Assembly: GCA_044892525.1 (NCBI GenBank)
Contig: CM097885.1
Location: 47,183,727 to 47,247,726, forward strand
Direction: 5' to 3'
DNA from: Schmidtea polychroa
Lineage: Eukaryota
Length of the DNA: 64,000 bases
Within the stretch, counting starts at the first letter, position 1, and the number at the start of each line of letters is the position of its first letter. Under the pieces are notes generated by a model. It was not told where the DNA came from. It worked only from the letters and a program-made list of their open reading frames with translations, and did not search any database. Position numbers and translations under genes: made by a program. Below, one piece after another: positions 25,063 through 40,246 of this stretch.

Positions 25063-25630
25063 CAGTCGAACTCGGTTATAACAAACTGCTTGGGACCAGA
25101 AAAATTGGTTCGTTGTAACCGGTGTTCGATATAACCAGGAAACAAAAAAAGTAGAAAAAAACGTTTTTTTAAAATTATTATTAACACATTGACGGACAGA
25201 TGGTAAATTATATATGGCTATATGACGGCTATAGACGCAAGTGTCCGTCAACGTGTTAAAATATAAAAAATGATAAGATATGCAAGGGTTTTTATTATTG
25301 TTTTTTTATTATTTGTTCTGTCATTTTTTAATATAATTTAAAATACTAGTTTGCTTCATTGAATTCAACTTGATGTCTCTAATGTGCCCTCGAATGACAG
25401 AGAGTGCTGTAAAAATATTTTTTTGTGTTTAACAATAAAATTGATATATTAATTGATATTTTAATTTGAACTTTTTAATCGAAAATTCAAAAAAATCTTA
25501 ATTTAGGATATTTTTTTAAATAAAAAAATGTGTTCGTTGTAACCGGTTTTGGTTCGCTGTAAGCAGGAAAATCCTATGTTAAAATAGCTTGAACCAAACC
25601 AAAATTTTTTTTTATTGCTATAAGCAGGAG
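25063..25630. mobile_element. Tigger/pogo-like MITE remnant
   Basis: TA-CAGTCGAACTCGGTTATAAC start with repeated ttcgttgtaacc subterminal motifs; right end degraded. Confidence 0.55.
25185..25255. mobile_element. 71-bp TTAA-flanked piggyBac-type MITE
   Basis: TTAA|CACATTGACGGACA...TGTCCGTCAACGTG|TTAA; 13 of 14 TIR positions match. Confidence 0.75.
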
Positions 25631-28465
25631 TATATAATCTAGCATAATTAATAAAATACCGATAAATAAAATAGAAATTATGTAATATATTCAAAACACT
25701 TTTATCAGGGAATAATATTAAATTCAGATTTACAACAATTATAAAATATATTTGACATTTAAGAGAGTTAACCATGCTTTTCTCACAATTAAGTCACAAG
25801 TGAATGGTACCAAATACAGTGTAAATTTCGGAAATGTACATAGCAATTAGTAAATATTAAATAAATTGCTAGTAACATAGTAAGCAAAAAATAATTATAC
25901 AATTAACGAAACCAAAAAACAATGTGAATATAATTATAAAGTTAATGAAGAGGCTTAATTAGAAAATATTACTAACGTTACTAAGCTTGTAAAAATTACG
26001 GTTTATCTACATATTAGATGCATTCAAAATTTAAACAAAAATATATTTAATAATAAATAATAACATTTTATTGCATTATTAAATCGAATGATAAATTTTA
26101 CAAATAAACTTTTCATTTGTGAAGTGTCACGGGCCTCACACGAGGTTTCTCTTAAATGCTGTCCAAAAGGTCCTACCGGCTTCATACTAGCTACCGCTAT
26201 TTCACTCTCAAAACATCATGCCCCATTATGGATCTTTTTATTTTTTCTATTACTTTTAAGTTTTCAAAGCAACACAAGACATTTTTGGCAGCACTTTAAA
26301 GAAACCTCATACGCACCCGGTGACGATTAGTAGATTAATTTGTTTTTATACTAAATTAAAAAATGCAAAAAAAAGATGGCGATTTTCAAATGTGTTATTT
26401 ATTCAAATGAAACCTTGGATACATGCAAAACTATTATTAAAAATTGAATACTTGATTGTAGAAAAAATAAAAAAAAATTTTCTGTAAGAGAAATGCCATA
26501 ATTAGGTGAAAGATTATTAATATTACATTCAATATAAATCAATATTACAACTGAAATTTGACCAAACTACAAAGATTAATCACGCAGGCAAGAACAAAAA
26601 TGTTAGATATCATTGTAATGAGATGTTTATATTTAGTGTTAAAGCTATTATCTAACCAGGTCACTATGACTTCAACGAAACTGTTGACATGTATAGATTA
26701 GTATAAAGATTAGTAAATAAAGATTAGTTTATGCATGATTTAACAGTATCAATAATAACACTTGGACTAATAATATTCTTATTCTAAATAATGTAATTGC
26801 AAAGCAGCATAAATAATGCTTCTAGTATATGGTCGAATCGAATTGCATTAAATATTGACATTTAAAGTATTCAATACATATATTAAACATTACTTTTTAT
26901 AGTGCTAAATTAAAAAATATAAATTGTTACAGAAAAGCCTAAAATTTAACAGAAAGTAGTGAGATTGATATAAAAATAAATATTTCATCAAACTGAAAAT
27001 AAATTGAAAAATACCTCTTGAAAGTTTACAATATAAATTTTTACTACTGAATAAAAGCGATATGATTTCCTAAATAAATGTCAATCAAAAGAAACAAAAT
27101 ATCTAAACAATGATATCAGGAATTACATTGCCAAGTTAAGCATGTTCAAAAAAATTTAAGTCTCCAATCTATCACCAAATGTTGGGATATATTGTAGATA
27201 TTATTCTGATTTTTTTTGAAAACCAACAATGGCTACTACTCTTGTCTGTATGTAATAGATAATTCAATTCATATTAGCGAATTTACATATTAACAATTAA
27301 TAACTGTAATATTTTAATTTATTATCGGTAATAATTTAATATCCAGAATTTTCGAGATTTTTACAATGCATTATTTGAAAAAGGGAAATAATAATCTAAG
27401 TGAAATAGTGAATATCGACATTAGAAAATCTTTAAAATATCAAATAATCTAAGTTAGTTTCAACTTACACGTTAAAATATCAAATCATGTATTATTTATT
27501 TTATTCATTTTGATTTTTTATTATATGCAAATTTTTTATTTATGACCAAATTCAAAAATATTTAAACATCAAATCAATCAAAGGAAAAATTGTTTAAAAT
27601 ATAAAAACAAGGGAAGTGTCTGGAAGAATAAATCATCCATATATAATGTAAGATAATGTTAATATAATAATTCTTAACAAAAAAGAGAAAATTACAAACA
27701 TGCAATACATTAAAAATAATATAGATATTACATTTTCTTATAAATAAGCGCAACAAAATATTTCTTTTGGATTCAGCAAAAATGTCGTTAGTTCTGCGTC
27801 CTAAACATATTAAGTTTTCAAGCATGGAGTACAAAGAACCAATTTCAAAACAGCCCGATATAAATTTTTAAATATTTATTTTCAACTTAATGATGAAATG
27901 ACAAATTGTATAAATTGAATTATTTTGCAATTAATTAAGAAGCGTATAAATAAAAAATTTATCGATTATTCTGTGTTCATAATTTAAACAAAAAATTCCT
28001 GTATCTGATTTTATTTGATTCAAAATTTTGGATTTCCTGGAATTAAAATGACCAATCCTGAAACCAGGAATTGTAAATTTTAAGGATTTCTGTAAAAAAT
28101 ACTAGATAAATATGAGTATAATGTCAACATATTGTTACTAAGATGAACACTAATATAAATTTTTTACACAAAAAAACATTAACATTCTTCAAATTCTCTA
28201 TTAGAGATCTAGAAAACTACTAGTGAGTTTATTAGTATAAATTGGAAAATGAATTTTCTTGTTAAATAAATAGAACCTTATTGAGCCAACTCATTTATTT
28301 CTATATAATTTTAAAGACATTAGGAAAATCAACAAGTATGCAAAAATATATAAAAGAAAACATAGGCAAAATGTAAATTAATTTTTTAACAGCAAATGAA
28401 TTAATATTAAAAAATTTCTAGTTCAATGATTTTTATCATAAATTTACATTTTTAAAGACATAATA

Positions 28466-28782
28466 CAGTGGTTCTCAACCCGTGTTCCGCGATTACGCTT
28501 CCAGTGTTCCGCGAAAAAAATGACATTTTATCTTTAAATTTGCATTTACCATCAAAAACCTCAATTAATTTTTTTATAAGATGATTCAATAAGAAAGCCG
28601 TTACGCAGATATATAAACATACAAATATAAAAGTGTTTTTGTTGCGCGTTTACGTTAACGACAGATTTATAGTAATTTGTGATTGGTCACTCATTGTGGG
28701 CAAGTATTTTTTTATCAGTTTTCTGCGTAAAAAAATTCATGTGAATGGTGTTCCGCGCTCTTATATTAATTGAGAACAACTG
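28466..28782. mobile_element. hAT MITE (317 bp)
   Basis: TIRs CAGTGGTTCTCAA and TTGAGAACAACTG; perfect 8-bp TSD ACATAATA at 28458-28465 and 28783-28790. Confidence 0.9.
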
Positions 28783-31700
28783 ACATAATATAAAACATTG
28801 TAGCAAATACATGTATAGAAACTCAAAGTTTAAATATTGCACTATAGAAAAATCGTTTTGAACAATTGAATTTTTAAAATCTGATCATATACCAATCAAA
28901 TAAAGATTAAATTATTAAAAAATCAAATCAATAAAATTTAATCAAGCAATCTAAATTTGCAGAAAAATTATGTAACAAAATCAAAAAATATTTAATGTTT
29001 TTATTAACATCACTCTGTTATTAAATAATTCAAAATTAATATTATTAAGATCATTTTAAAAAGAAGCAGAAAGAAAATAAAGATTCAAATAGAAAGATAA
29101 ACTAAATTTCGCATCTGAGTGAATATGACCACTTTTAGGTCGAAAATTTTCAATTACTAAACATTGAGGAAGTGTTATTTATTTAATTGAATTGTTTTTA
29201 TAAATAATTTATTGCAGTTTTTTTAAAGTTTTTTAATATTACTTTAATATTTCTCAAATTAAATAATTATAATTTAAGTGTCAGCCAATTTAGTAAACTC
29301 ATTCAATATACTTAATTAGTGAAATTAATTTAATACAAACTTAAACGTGGTTTTTCAAAAATGAACAATTTTACTTATAAAAATCGAATTTTCTATGGGT
29401 CAGTTTTGTATACATTTTAATGCATCTAGTTGACTACCTCGATTATTAATTTTTTCCAGCTGTATTGCTCCTATTTGAAGATTGACGAATGAAAGAAATC
29501 TATGGACTTGAAAATGCATTTTGACACTATTTCTGTCTTAATTTACCAGCGCTATTGTTAGTAATTACTAACTCAATTAATTATTATTATTATATTTTTA
29601 TTAATTTTGACCTAAAATCATAAAATTGTCTATTTTTTTATCTAGTATTAATCTAGTATTCAATTTTCTTTATTTTTTCAATAAAAATAAAGACTTTAAA
29701 AATTTTAGAAGAGCAACCAACAAAAACTGAAAGCAGTCTTTAAAAGTAAAATGTCAAAAATTGCAACATTTGAATATATCGTAAATTATTAATAAAAATT
29801 TGCACCAATTACTTACAATATTTATTAAAGAGCTTCAATTATAATTGTGAAAAAAATTCTTATAGTACTTACAATATATTTTTATTAATATTTTAAAATT
29901 TACTGCTAATACAAAATCATAATTAATAATATAAAATTAATAAAATAACTTAATTTACTGCCAATTTGATTTAAGTGATATAATTGTAGTTAATTATCTA
30001 AGAGATAACAAAAATTTCGCATTTAATTTTCGTTATTTTCTAAAATAAATGAAATATTTTCATTTGAACCAACCGATAAAAAATTGGGAATTACACATAG
30101 AAAATCGGACAAAAAAGCAATTAATAAACAAATTAAAATCAGTAACTTGGAAATTAATCTTCGTTCACATCTCATTAATGAATTTCTTGCCAAATAAATT
30201 TAAAGATTTGTTAGCAACTCATAAAGACAGTTTTATCTGAAAACTTGTTGACTAACAAACAAATATGGCAAATCACCAATGTAAATAAAACATTTGACTA
30301 TCATTTATTATCAACTTATAATTTTATTTTATACGGAGAATGGAAATTTATTTAACACTAATATTAATGGCTAGAACATTTCTATTAAGGATAAAATATT
30401 ACGAAATCAGCACAATTGTAAATAATTTGTAATCTAATTTTAAGTTTTTTGTCGTTTTAAATGAGATTTTAAATAAGATTAATTTTATATTGCAAAAACA
30501 TACAAAACCACAAAACAAAACTTTGTTACTTTCTGATTATTTGAAAATTACATTGTCGGAATAATTAGTCTAAACAAATATTTAAATCAAATTTTAAAAA
30601 AATCATTTAGTTTTAAGTTATTTTATTAGTTGAAAACATTTCAAAAAATTCTGCTAAAGGAGGGCGTAGGAAAGAATGTATGAGAAACAGAAACAAATAA
30701 ACAGAATGAACGAAACTTGTGAAATGATATGTTTTATTAAACGAATCAATACATCCAACCGGATACTGTATTCTCGAGTTCGTTCGGACATATACTAATT
30801 ATTTATTCATTTGTATTCAACATTAGTATTTTAATTTCAAAAATTATATTATTATAACTTTTGAAGTTATAAATAAATTAATATTATGTACTGTATACAA
30901 AAAATTCATTTTAAAAATAAGTATAAATAAACAGTAGAGAATAATAAATTTAACTAAAATGTAAATGATAAATCAAAACGGATGTTGACAACAGAAATGA
31001 TCACCGTTTCAAATATGCCTTAGCTTATAAAGTTGAATTTTAATTTTCTCTCATAGCTCTCAGTATTTAATAAGAAACTAATACTTTACTCAAAGCAAAT
31101 ATACGCGTAATTATTTTTAAATTCTCAAATTTGCATATTTTTCAATCCCAGTAATAAACTGATAAATAAACTGAATTTATATTTCAGGTAAATTGTTTAC
31201 TCAAAATTAAAAAAAAATTACAATTTCTACATCACAGAGAAAATAACAACCGACAAACAACAAATTTATTATTTATAAATATTTATTAAGGATGATCTAA
31301 TTTTTCTTTATTCAAATGTAATTCACAATCAAATCAGATTTCATCAAAAATAAATTAAAGATGAAATCTAGATTAGATGGAACTACTGTTAACTAAGCTT
31401 AATTTTTAATATGAAAATTTTTAACATATGAATGTGATATATGAGCAAAGCAGACAATTAATATATTCAATATATCACATAAACAATGAAACATCATTGC
31501 AGTTGTTTCTGAAAATTATTGATAATTTTAATTTTAAATAAAAATTATTAAATAATTTATAAAAATACAAAGTTTCTTAAAAATCATTTTCTAAAACGCT
31601 TTATTTAATTATTTTAAAAATATCAGTGATGATATTGAACTGGTAGAAATAAAGGTAAGTCATCGGCAACTCTATACGAAAAATGTAACAAAATAACAAG

Positions 31701-33999
31701 TAAGCATATTTTAATTAATTGCGAAAATTCAAGAATTAAATTGAAAATTCTAGAAAGATCATTTTTTAAAATTGGATTAGTTAACTTAAAAAATATGAAA
31801 AATTACAGTTAATTTAAAATGGTAATTTTTAATTTTCCTTTCCACCAGTGATCAAAAATTTAGGTTTCATGTTGATAGATAACAATAATTTCTTATTACA
31901 CTAACAATCAATCAGTTTAACTTCTCAAAATGTAATAAAACAAAGAAAATAATTTTTTATGTAGAAAAATTTAAATAATCTTTAATTTATTAGTTTAGTA
32001 TTTATTCTGTTTTTAAAGTTAACTATAAAATTAAATTTAATTCCTATAACCCAAGGCCTGTGAATTATCACAAAAATGCACTTGAAATTGGAATTTGTCT
32101 AGTTTATGTTCTACAAATATGGATTGTAGAGCTAAATGGAATTGTAGTAAGAAGTATCAAAAGAGATTTAATTTCCTTTTTTACATGAGATTTTTTACAC
32201 TGATTTCATTACAAATTGTGTAATGTGAATGAATTTTTATTTATTAACCCCAATGTTATTCGTAATTGCATTGTTATTTATGTTTGCTTTTTAATTAAAG
32301 CTGTTACAAGTACATATTATTAATTTTAAAACCTACAATGATGCTCTTAAAATAAAACAAAAATTTATCTAAAATAAATGTTTATGTGTATTCTATTTTA
32401 TAGCATGTCATCGTGCTAAGGATAAGAAATAATTATAATATTGTGATCTATATAAAACGTGAACAAGAGTAACACATTTTTTCTGGTATTTAAACAGATA
32501 TCGACAATAAACAAAGCATGTATTAATATTGGAACGGATATAAACTTGGCACGAATAGGGAAATCCATTATATTATTAAATACATCATAATATATAGCAT
32601 AATATATAGAGATTGGAAATATAAACTATTACACATCAACATTTCCATTTTTTGGAAAGAAAATTATTATTACCAAAACTGCATTGAAAAATAAATATCT
32701 TAAAATTTTGAATGCAATTGGAATACAAATTGGATGCTAGCTGGTATCTAGGAATAATGCCTCCACCCCCCGAAAAACATAAAGAACTATAATATATAGA
32801 ATATGTTCGTAATAAGAATATAATACAAATAATAATAAAATACTAACTACGAGTCTACAAAATACTATGCGGTTTTTTCGAGATAAATAGGAACACAGGT
32901 TCAAGTTAGGTTTTAAATTTTATTGCATTTAGACTGGATTCTTTTTGAAAAATGCGGTATCCACAAATAATCATTTCGATATTATTTGATGATTATTACT
33001 GAATTTTAAATAAGCAACATTCGAAACAATAAAAATATATCAATAAGTGTTCAGAAAAAAGAGATAACGATTTGTAAATTGCTATATTTTAATGATTTAT
33101 ATCATATTTTATCAGACAAATCAAATAATTAATTAATTTACAATACTTATTAATTTAAAATATATTTCTTAGAAATCGACCAAAGTAAAAATTCAAATTT
33201 TGGGGACCATTTGACGTCTCTCTGCAAGTGGTGCCTGGATATGGTAGACCTCCTTAACCCCCTGCTACGCCACTGAATCAAAAAGTCAGTATCACTAGCA
33301 TGAACATACATTTTACGAAACTATAAAATTTGATTAATTTTTCAATAAATTTAAGCACGAATGTAAATGATACATTTTACTGTTTCCTTTATTCAAATTA
33401 AAATTCAAAACTTTCATTGTGATAAATTATATTTATAATAATGGAGTTGATGGAAGGAAATGTGAAAATAGTCCCCGGTTGAAGAGTATTAAGTTATTTT
33501 ATTAACAAATAAATCTTATAAACAGCTTACGATAAATTTTGCTTTGATTTTTAACTGATTAAAATGTAATTTCAATATTATAATCAAAACATTGGAATAA
33601 AAATAAAATAAAAAACAGACAACATATATGTAAAATACAGGAGCTTCCTACTTCCTTGTTACTATTTGATTGATATTGAAAACGAGCGATATACCATTGG
33701 GGAATAAATACCTTTAGCCCCTCTCTCACCCAATTAAATCAATTGTATAATCTAAATACATACTTTTTATGTAACAATATAAGGCTGTACCGCTATTATA
33801 ATTATTAAATATTGATTTTTTTTTATATTAAATGTTTCATCAAAAATTTTGAAAATAAAAATAACTAATTATCTAAAGTTGAAATTTAAATATTAAAATG
33901 GCCGTCATTTTGATGGGTTATAGCTCATAACATAATAATTATTGGGATTTTAAAATAAGTTGTATTATTGTCAATAAATGTCCGAATTAAAATATTTAC

Positions 34000-35023
34000 C
34001 AGTCAGCATCTCTACCAAAATACAACCGAAACTCCACATGTCAATCTGGACGCTATATTTCCCACCTAGAATCACTTCGGGCGCTCGATAAAATCTTGAT
34101 TGAATATACGAATAAATTCTCTGGTGATCATAGCAACTTGAACCGAAATCGATGACCTTGATTCCACTGCGACCTTGTTGTTTCAATAGAATATTTTCTG
34201 GCTTCAAGTCACAATGAATCACCTTATTTTTGTGCAATAAATCCAAACAGACAAGAATAGAGTAGGCAAATTTTTTTACAAGCAACAAAGAAAATCCCTG
34301 AAATTTGTTTTTCTTAATCAGACTGTACAAATTTATGTTGAGCAATTCAAATGTCATGCAAACGTGGTTGCGAAATGTGAAATGTTCGAGAATGTGGACG
34401 ATATTTTTATTGTTGTCTTTATCTTGGATTTTGAGTTGTTCGAGAATTTTTATTTCTTCCAGTGCTTGTTTGGCAAATCGCTTCTCATTACGAACCATTT
34501 TTAAAGCGACAAACATTCCGGTTCTATGATCATAAGCTTTAACAACTTGCCCGAAACTTCCTTTGCCAAGAATTTTTAAAATTTCATAGCGATAAGAGAC
34601 ATGATCGTGAGCAACATGTTGATAAGACCCATGTTCATCGTCATAGCCATTATTATTTGTACCAATTGAAACGCCATGCTTTTTCTTCGCATTATGACCT
34701 ACAAAGTATATTTGAGGATAGTTAAATATTTCGTGATGCTCAAAAGTTGACAGCCTATGCATATATAATTTCATCGCTTGATCTGGTGTTAATGGAGATG
34801 GAACATTATGGATTAAATGAAGATTACTTTTTTCAAGATTATTATAAACTGAAACATCTGGAAACTTCACTAAATTCGGTTTATGAAAATTTGTCTTATT
34901 AAGTTCATTTTGGTTTTCCTGAGACTTAATAGCCGAAACCAATTTAGAAGAATTTATAGTTGAAATTTCATTATTTATTGATGGTAAATGAGAAGGAGTT
35001 GTCAATTGATCTGGAGCATTCAT
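34000..35023 (-). CDS. DYRK2: Class II DYRK kinase (DYRK2/3-like), first coding exon; about 503 aa when joined
   Basis: NAPA-like [10 protein letters not shown]...[14 protein letters not shown] box [28 protein letters not shown] and [13 protein letters not shown]; donor G|GTAAAT at 34000/33999; in-frame stop 21 nt upstream of ATG 35023. Confidence 0.93.
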
Positions 35024-38000
35024 TAATACTTTGCTCCAAATTCAGTTTTCTAAAATTAAAAAGTAAAAATGTTCTAAATATACTGTCATTACTAATTTTC
35101 CTACGATAATATAATAATTTTAATTGATATATAAACAAACAGACATCTTTTAAATTTGTTAAGATTTTCTTAGTAACTTGTAGGTCAAGGTCATAAAATA
35201 TATTAAAATAAATCTAATATTATTTCTTTAATAAACGAATTTTATTAAAACTTTATTTAAAATGAATAAATTTAATTAAAATATAGCTGGTTAAAATTAT
35301 TTACGTTAAACTTATTGTAGATTTTATGTTACAAATTTTATTACTTTTCAAAAAGGTATAAAAATATACGTGAAAGTTTTATAAATATTTCACAAATACC
35401 CTGCCATTAAATCATGGTTTCGAAATAATTCGTAATTACAAAATTAGAGTTTACTGAGTTAATTAAGGATTTAAAACTCGTCTTAAACTCAACGCAAACC
35501 TGATATGTTAACACATTGCTCTTGACTTCAATGATCATTAATAGCCGATCACGAAGAGTGCAATGAGCAGAATTGACGCCCTTCTAGTGGGGGTCTAGTA
35601 GCAGTCAGTAAATTGTGTGAATGTATATTCTCAAAACCAACTGAACTAGATAATGTCATTTTTATAAATGTCATTTTAAATAAAGTCATTTTAATCTCAA
35701 ATAGAATGAATAATAAAAATAAATAGTAAAATTTATTTTGTAATTCTATGAAGTTATTTGACAATGTTTTTCATAAATCGTATTTGGAATAATAGCTTTC
35801 TTAACTTTGCTTTGGGTCTTATATTGGGTGACAGTTGACATAGACTAACTGTTGATAACATTTTTGTTGTCATTGTAGCAGTTAAAATTTATTTTTCATC
35901 AAATTGTTTTTCTATGGTCTTTTTTTGCCGATAGTATTATTATGTCATATTGAGTATTTTTCTTATTTTTTTCTTATTTTTCAATGGCATCGACTAGTGT
36001 GCTCCAATGTTTCAGTGACACGAGGGTCGCAAGATTTATATTATTATTATCGTTAACCCTTTGGCCCCTATAGTAATTCATATATTAAATTACTAATCTT
36101 ACAACGTTATACCCGTTTCAATGAGACGTTTGGCCTGAATACTTAAATAAAACTAAAAGATGTTAACACGAATTTTAAATTTATCTTTCCTTATCAATCT
36201 GTTATGACTGAACATTATATTTAAGGGTGCCTGTACACTATAGTTTCAAGTTGTAATGTAGTTACACAGGTAAAGAATTAAGGAATCAGTGCTAAATACT
36301 TATAAAAAAGCACTTCGAATCTATGAGTCTTTGGATTTCAAATCGTTTTCTCAATTCATAAACTTTACACACTGTTTAATTTGAGGTGAAAAATAACGAA
36401 GAAACTAAATGTGATGGGGCTGGAATAGCTGGAACATTATTAACAACTATACTGCTAAAATGAACATTAAAACAAAAAAAAGAAAATGTTGTTTTAAAAT
36501 TTCAAACTTCTATTAAAAACATTCTCATTCAACTTAATTTTTCTTGAAATTATTTTTAAATAATAATTTAAAAAGTAAATACAAAATACTCGATTTTGAT
36601 TGGCTAATTTATATACAATATTGCTATTGAATACAGCTAAATTCAAGCAAATATTTTATCCTTTTATAGGTACCTATTTTGTTTTTAATGATCTAAAAAT
36701 ACTGTTACACATAACTAATATTTATTCAGTAAAAATTGATTAATCCCTTGTCATCAAAAGAATTTATTGAAAATTACATTAGATTTGATATCATTACTCA
36801 TAAAATATATACATATATATGCTAGTAACCATATTTTCATGAAATAAATTCACAAATCAATTAAAAATTCCTGAATTAATATACAATTCCTAATAAATCC
36901 ATTAAACTCATTCATAAAATCTCAGTATTATCCGCGCGATATCCAACTGAATAAAATCTTACAAAGAAAATGTAAATTATCATAAACTATCATATAAATA
37001 TACCCAACCAATCTCTCTTAAAAAGCAAAAATTGCCATAGTTTAATAACTATAACTTGTCTTTATTGTAAAAATACTTTAAATAATTTAGTTTACAATAA
37101 AACATAAAATGACAGAAAGTTCTACTACAAAACTTTATTATAAATTCATCTTCAATCATAAAACCATTTTATGTGAGATATTAGAAGTAGTATTCAGTTG
37201 GAAACCAATGTTGAAGCGGATAATAATAATTAAATTAATTTTATAGATGATTTTGAGGAGCACTAATAAGTTTTATTGTATCATTAGGGGGGTTGTACAA
37301 AGAACTTATCACTTTAGAAATTTTATTTTTTATTTTACTAGGATATTTTATGTGAATATTTTTGATTTATTAGACGAAAGATAGTGTTTATTTGATTACT
37401 ATATCAATTATATGAATTTTAACTTTTTTCAGAAGATTGGTTGCGTATTATTGCCAAGGATGATAATAAGTTATGATAATTTTATAAGAGATTGTGTATA
37501 TTGTAGAGAATTAAATTTCATCTATACACTGTCACAATAAACACTCAATACAATTATTTCAATTCAATGCCCTGTTTTTCTTTTCTGTGTTATGCCGACT
37601 TTTCCTGCCATTTCGATATTTTTGACAAGCTGTCATGATACGGATTTTCCCATGTTTTTGTTTTTCTGGAATTTGAAATTTCTTCTTCGTTTGCACTTCT
37701 TATTTAACAATAACCTTTGTATTAATTTCTTGTTTGTTTTCTTTTATTTGATTTACCTTTCTCATTTTTCATTTCTTTTTACTTCCGTTTTCTTCTCTGA
37801 GTTCCCATAGATCGTCCCGTTTGTCATGACGATCTTCACCCAAGTAATTTTATTTATTTGTAAATTTGTTATTTAGGTATCCTCAACAATAGTAATATTT
37901 AATTACTATAGACCTGACACAGATTATTCCAAAAGATTAAAGATTTTGCTAACAATAATAATTAAAAGAACAACAGAAAAATTAAAAATAAAAATATTTT

Positions 38001-38972
38001 TCATCAAACCCAACATGAACGCAAAAAGTACAAAGATAACAAGTACTCCCAAACCTCATATGAAACTGGGAAAATAAAATTTGTATTGAATTTAAAATAA
38101 GTTGATATTTATTTTAATGTTTAAATATAAAAGTTCCTTTATCCTTTCTAATTGTGAGATCTAAAAATAATTGATAAATATCCCTAGACAGTTTCCCAAT
38201 GTTTGTAATTAAGTTGACTAGATAAAAAAATATCTAATTTCCTCATTTTTAGAATTTCGATGAAATTTACTTTCATTTAAATATCAGAAAATAGTCGGGA
38301 CACGAATATTTATTTGCAAACCTTTTAGTGCGTAACTGTTGATGTGATTTAAAACAAACAATAAATTCTCGTGTTTAAATGAATAATAGATAATATTAAT
38401 TGGAATAAAAAATTAAAATGAAATAATAATTAATAAATAAATGCCACTTAAAATAGGGGAAATCAAATCACATATGTAACGATTTTAAAGAATTTTGAAT
38501 TTCCTGCACGGGAAACTTTCAAAAATGGGAAATTATTCTATTTATGATATTACAAATTTGCATAATTTTTAAATAATGATCCCATTAAAGCAAAACTTGT
38601 CCAATATTGGTAAATTCGTTAAAAATTGATAAAGTCTCACTCTTACAGTGGTTTTCAATATTTATTGTCTTATTCGTCTTTTTTACAACAAAATATCATT
38701 CTACCTTTTCTTAGATTGTTGGGTCAAAAGGTGCGTTCCAGAAATTGTTTACAAAAAAAAATATAATTTTTCAGCATATTAGTACATCTTGGTTCAGCAC
38801 ATAGTCAAAAAGAGATTAATTAAATAATAATTATATAAATGAACATTGGTTCAAAGAACATATCATTATGAGGTGTATAAGTTCATATGTACTATTATTT
38901 TCCAATGTTTATAATATTTTAAACTATATTAAATGTCAAGATTACACTAATAAAAAAACCCATAAACAAATA

Positions 38973-39079
<107 letters not shown>

Positions 39080-40246
39080 TTGTCGGGGAAATGTAAACTT
39101 GACAATTATTGATTTGACTTCAAAGAGTGCCTTAGTTTTGCAACAATAACGAACTCCAAACAATATAATCTATAATTGATTAGTACAATTGATTACAAAT
39201 TTTAAACGACATAAAACGATTCAATATTGCAACAGTGGTTTTTGAGTACTTATTACAACCCTTGGTTAGAAATAGCACTACTAAATACAACTTAGAATTT
39301 TTGAATACTTAGTCACTGCTTCTGATTTCGATAATCAACAAAATCGATCTAGTTGCTCTCCTTGCTTTAACTCGAGAAACTCAATATTCTCACCAGATAA
39401 CTTTTATTTATGATTTAATTTGAAATTGTTTGTCTTATTTTGCAAAAACGTTGTCTAAAAAACGGTGTTTTATTCTGTTTTTACCTTTTCATTTCGTTTT
39501 CAATTTTTCTCTTTACTCATGATTTTTAATTCAATTTGTGCTTTAATTTTATATTCTTTTCTCCAATGTCACTTACACACAATTTGTTGTTGCTTCCACT
39601 TTTCCAACTTTGGTTGTTTGATTTCATTGATTTCTGGAATTTTCATCTTGATTTTCAATTTCTCATCTCAGAATTCTGGAACAGTATTCGTTTTATTTTT
39701 GTCATTTCTTTCAAATCATTTTACGCATTTTCACAATTATTTAATTTTAATTATTTAATTTTATCTTAATTTATTAATTAATCAACTTAATTATAAAATT
39801 ATCTAAATTTTCCAAATAAAAATTGTGTTTTCTCAAATGTATTAATGATAAAAATTCTATTATTTTTATTTTTATGCATTTTACAAGTGACTTATTTTAT
39901 ATGTCTAGCTAAATATTATTATTCTATTATTCTCTAGTTGATTGAATAACAAATCAGGCACTGATCATTAACAATAAATTTGTTAATATATAATTGTTGT
40001 CAAAATTACAGTTAGTGTTTCTTAATGTTTTTTATTATTTTTCTTAACATTAATACCTCAATTTTCGTATTTAATTGGAACCAGAGAAGCACGACGCAAA
40101 TTGAAATAAGTTTTCGTATATATTTTTATGAGTATTTATTAATTGATACCAGAGTACGATATTTGAAAAAATCCAAACTTTAGTAATAATGAAAATAAAC
40201 ATATTGTAACGAAACCTTTATTTATATTATTTTTCATTATGATGAT

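Larger units (their letters stand above)
22111..26340. repeat. About 1.16-kb tandem duplication, second copy split by an insertion of about 1.9 kb
   Basis: 22111-23272 recurs as 23273-~23800 plus ~25707-26340; the 80-aa ORFs at 23025 and 26088 are near-identical. Confidence 0.85.

Noticed and set aside
35500..35650. Possible upstream coding exon of DYRK
   Set aside because: Splicing to the acceptor at 35050 meets stops in all three frames; at most a 5' UTR exon, and unsupported.
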